A DNA stretch of 63,886 nucleotides, filler included, from Sphacelaria rigidula (taxonomy: Eukaryota): NCBI GenBank assembly GCA_964200075.2. It is 6 parts of 6 records of this genome, joined end to end, with 100 filler letters (N's around TTAATTAATTAA, not from the genome) between each part and the next. Parts side by side here need not be neighbours in the genome. Positions count along the whole stretch, not along the records: positions 53,324 to 63,886 come from CAXNAA020006270.1; 5 more parts are not named here. The stretch is one strand, 5' to 3'. The notes beneath the pieces are model-generated. The model was not told the DNA's origin and made no database searches. It saw nothing but the letters and a program-made list of their open reading frames with translations. Positions 61,348 through 63,886 of this stretch are shown here, in pieces. Numbering within the stretch: the stretch's first letter is position 1; every line of letters starts with the position of its first letter. The translations under genes were made by a program, and so were the position numbers.

Positions 61348-61888
61348 GTAGGATATCAGATATCAGCAAGCATTTTTGGTGCAAAGCACCAGAACATCCA
61401 CATTTCGACGAATTTGGGGTTTCCGTTGCAAACTCGTGCCACACTGTCTTATGGCAGTGCGCTTATGTTCAACTCGCGGTGGGCCTGAGTGAATCGTACT
61501 CACCAATGCATCACACCGTTCGCTATGCCTATACATACGCCCATCCATCATTGTGGATTCGGGTCCATGTCCATGGTTGCAGTGCAGTTGACTTTGACGT
61601 TTTGGGACAGATAACAACATTGCACACGTTCCTGTGGTTGTCAGGGCGTATGTATGCAAGATATTGATACATTATGCATAGATTGGAAAACCCTCACGAC
61701 AACGTCCTGGATTTACACATACACAACCCTGGGCTCCCGGCAAAGCATGGAAACAATGAACACCTCTAGCCACCAGTGTGTTGCTGTCATATATAGTACT
61801 ACCAAAACTACTGCAGTACCATGTTGTAGTTCACAATAATTGAGAGTCCCAGCAAGACAGAACCCTGCTCCCCTCCGGTTATTTCCAG

Positions 61889-62751
61889 CGTGCCCTACTC
61901 GAGCATCATCTCCAATTGGAACACGCCCTTCTTCGATCGTCACAAGATAGCGACGGCGACAATGCCATCACAGGTGATGATCAGCCGCAACAACGACCGG
62001 AGTCGAACACGGTCGATAGGGGCACAGTATCACGGCGGCAGATGTCATCCACCCGGTGCCGTCTACATCACGAGCAACAGCAGAACAAAGTCGAAACCTT
62101 CTCCAGAGAGGGATTGACCAGCTGTACGCATCAAAATCACACAGATGAGTTTCAGGACATACCGAAAATCCTCGAGGCTGTACAAATACACCTTCAACAG
62201 CGACAGCACCAGCCACAAGACGTGCGTACTCGTGCCATCGGATATGGTACCACACCGTTTATCGCCGAAACGTCAGCGACAGGAAGAGGTGCTGTTGTTG
62301 AAGCACACGCAGCGCAGCGCTTGCCGCAGCCTGTATCACGGAGGCCGTCATTATTATCGTCGATGTCCAGAGAGTCTATGGGCCTAGACACAATGCCAGA
62401 AGGACCTTCTCCGTTACTGGTGACGATGAACGCCACAAGGCCATACCCGCCATCATCCCCCAGCGACGAACTGGAAGATCGAGGTGAGGATCAGGCTCGA
62501 AGAATGGCACGGCATACTCTGCTGCGTCGTTTTTTTCGCGCAGCTCGTGTACCCGCGCAGCAAGTGCAAGCGCGGGCCTCTGTGAGGCAGCAGGCAGGCG
62601 CGCCCATGTTCACCGTTGGTGGCACGCCAGGTGGCAGAACAACATCGACAGTGGGCATGGGCGTTGAAGAGGACGAAGAGGGTTTGCAGTTCCCGCTGAG
62701 GGAGGGGAGTCGTCGTCGTGAAGTGTTGAGAAGTTTTCTGCATGCCATGAG
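61889..62751 (+). CDS. Putative exon 2 of a gene of unknown function
   Basis: TTTCCAG acceptor, ~287 open codons, AG|GTGATG donor. Confidence 0.6.
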
Positions 62752-63806
62752 GTGATGATTATTTCGTGTCTGATGTTCGCGCAAGATTATCCGGAGAGTT
62801 ACTTCCTCGATGAATGTGTGACCTATGGAGCTCTAATGCCCGACTTTCTCAAAACAGCGCTCGAGGTAGGGCGACCTCATACGTAGTCAGAGGTATCCTA
62901 TGCAGCCAGTTCTGAATTTTTCATCAGTCAAGGTTGAGAAGGTGAGCACTCAAACGTGCAGGTTGGGCATGAGTTCACAACCTCCATGTTAGACAGCTTA
63001 GGGAAACACGCTCATGTGTTTCTTGCATCCGTCGCTGCATTAATTTTTGAAATATATCAAAACAACACGAAACGGTAATTCGGCGCGCGAAAAGAAGCAA
63101 CAGCAGCGACCAAAAAAACCCCAAGCTTCGACAATCAAACTTCTACACACTCCTAATCCGCGGGAAACGGATGAGGACCTCTTATATCAACGCCGTATGG
63201 CTTCACGTTCATATGTTTCCAGTGGTTTTTGGATATCAAGACGTTTGGGATCACATGCATTTCCGTACCTAGAAGTGAAAAGCCCGTCATCCAGTGTTTG
63301 GCAGTTTTCGTATGGTCATCCGCAAGGCCTGACAATGTCCGATTTTACCTTAATGCTCGTCGGCGCATGCTCGTTGTGTACTTCACGAGGGGAAGCTCGT
63401 GCGCGCAATATCGGGGGATGTGGTAGACTTGCGAACGCTAGTTACTGGAATCCCGTGAGGCCCCTTTCTGGCCGCGCGTACTTCCTTGCGCTGGAGATTG
63501 AAGTATACTGCATGAACACTATTTTCCGCCGAGAGATGTGACCCTCTGCACATTTTATCCACCTATATACCATGCTACGACGAGCACTAATGGATGTGTG
63601 CACTTGCCGTCCTACCGTCGGCCGGAATTTTTCTCACCTCGACAAGCAGAGAAACGGTGAGGACGAGAGGGCTGGTGCCTGCGGCGTCAGCGACTGCATC
63701 CTCCCCACGAGAACAACATCGCTTGACAAATGAATCGCGGAACCCACCGCCAATTCCACCTTCTCGACAGCGCACTACTCCGGGTGTACAAGAGGAAGCC
63801 CTTGGA

Positions 63807-63843
63807 CAGCAGCAGCAGCAGCAGCAGCAGCAACAGCAACAGC

Positions 63844-63886
<43 letters not shown>
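63807..63886 (+). repeat. (CAG)n(CAA)n microsatellite at the contig end
   Basis: Direct observation. Confidence 0.95.

Noticed and set aside
63687..63884. Poly-Leu signal-peptide-like ORF
   Set aside because: Translation of the (CAG/CAA)n microsatellite

Overview
Eukaryotic nuclear DNA, not prokaryotic. It is most likely a photosynthetic stramenopile such as a brown alga. That is inferred from long GT-AG introns, a signal peptide + 'CSAF' plastid-targeting exon, a flagellar-type gene and the repeat landscape. The window is not contiguous. It is six unrelated contigs of about 10.56 kb (10566, 10565, 10565, 10564, 10563, 10563 bp) joined by artificial 100-bp N44-TTAATTAATTAA-N44 linkers, so no neighbourhood inference holds across linkers. 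Most of the sequence is transposon debris: a ~8.3-kb chromodomain Ty3/Gypsy element carrying an inverted, deleted relative and a MITE; RTE-like LINE fragments; a probable copia relic; tRNA-derived SINEs; several MITE families (Harbinger/Tourist-like, TA-type, CAAGG-ended P/hAT-like, piggyBac-like); and two mutually homologous decayed XPG/FEN-nuclease + Cys-rich ORFs that fit AcademX DNA transposons, plus a possible Academ transposase fragment. Host genes are a six-exon, 3'-truncated CFAP97-domain + EF-hand gene head-to-head with an unknown gene, a FAM192A-like exon, and the first exon of a plastid-targeted protein. I found no convincing wholly new biological system. The best candidates for follow-up are the Academ-like family, the CFAP97/EF-hand fusion and a composite CAAGG-ended element with cargo. 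All family assignments are by-eye motif recognition, not database searches.
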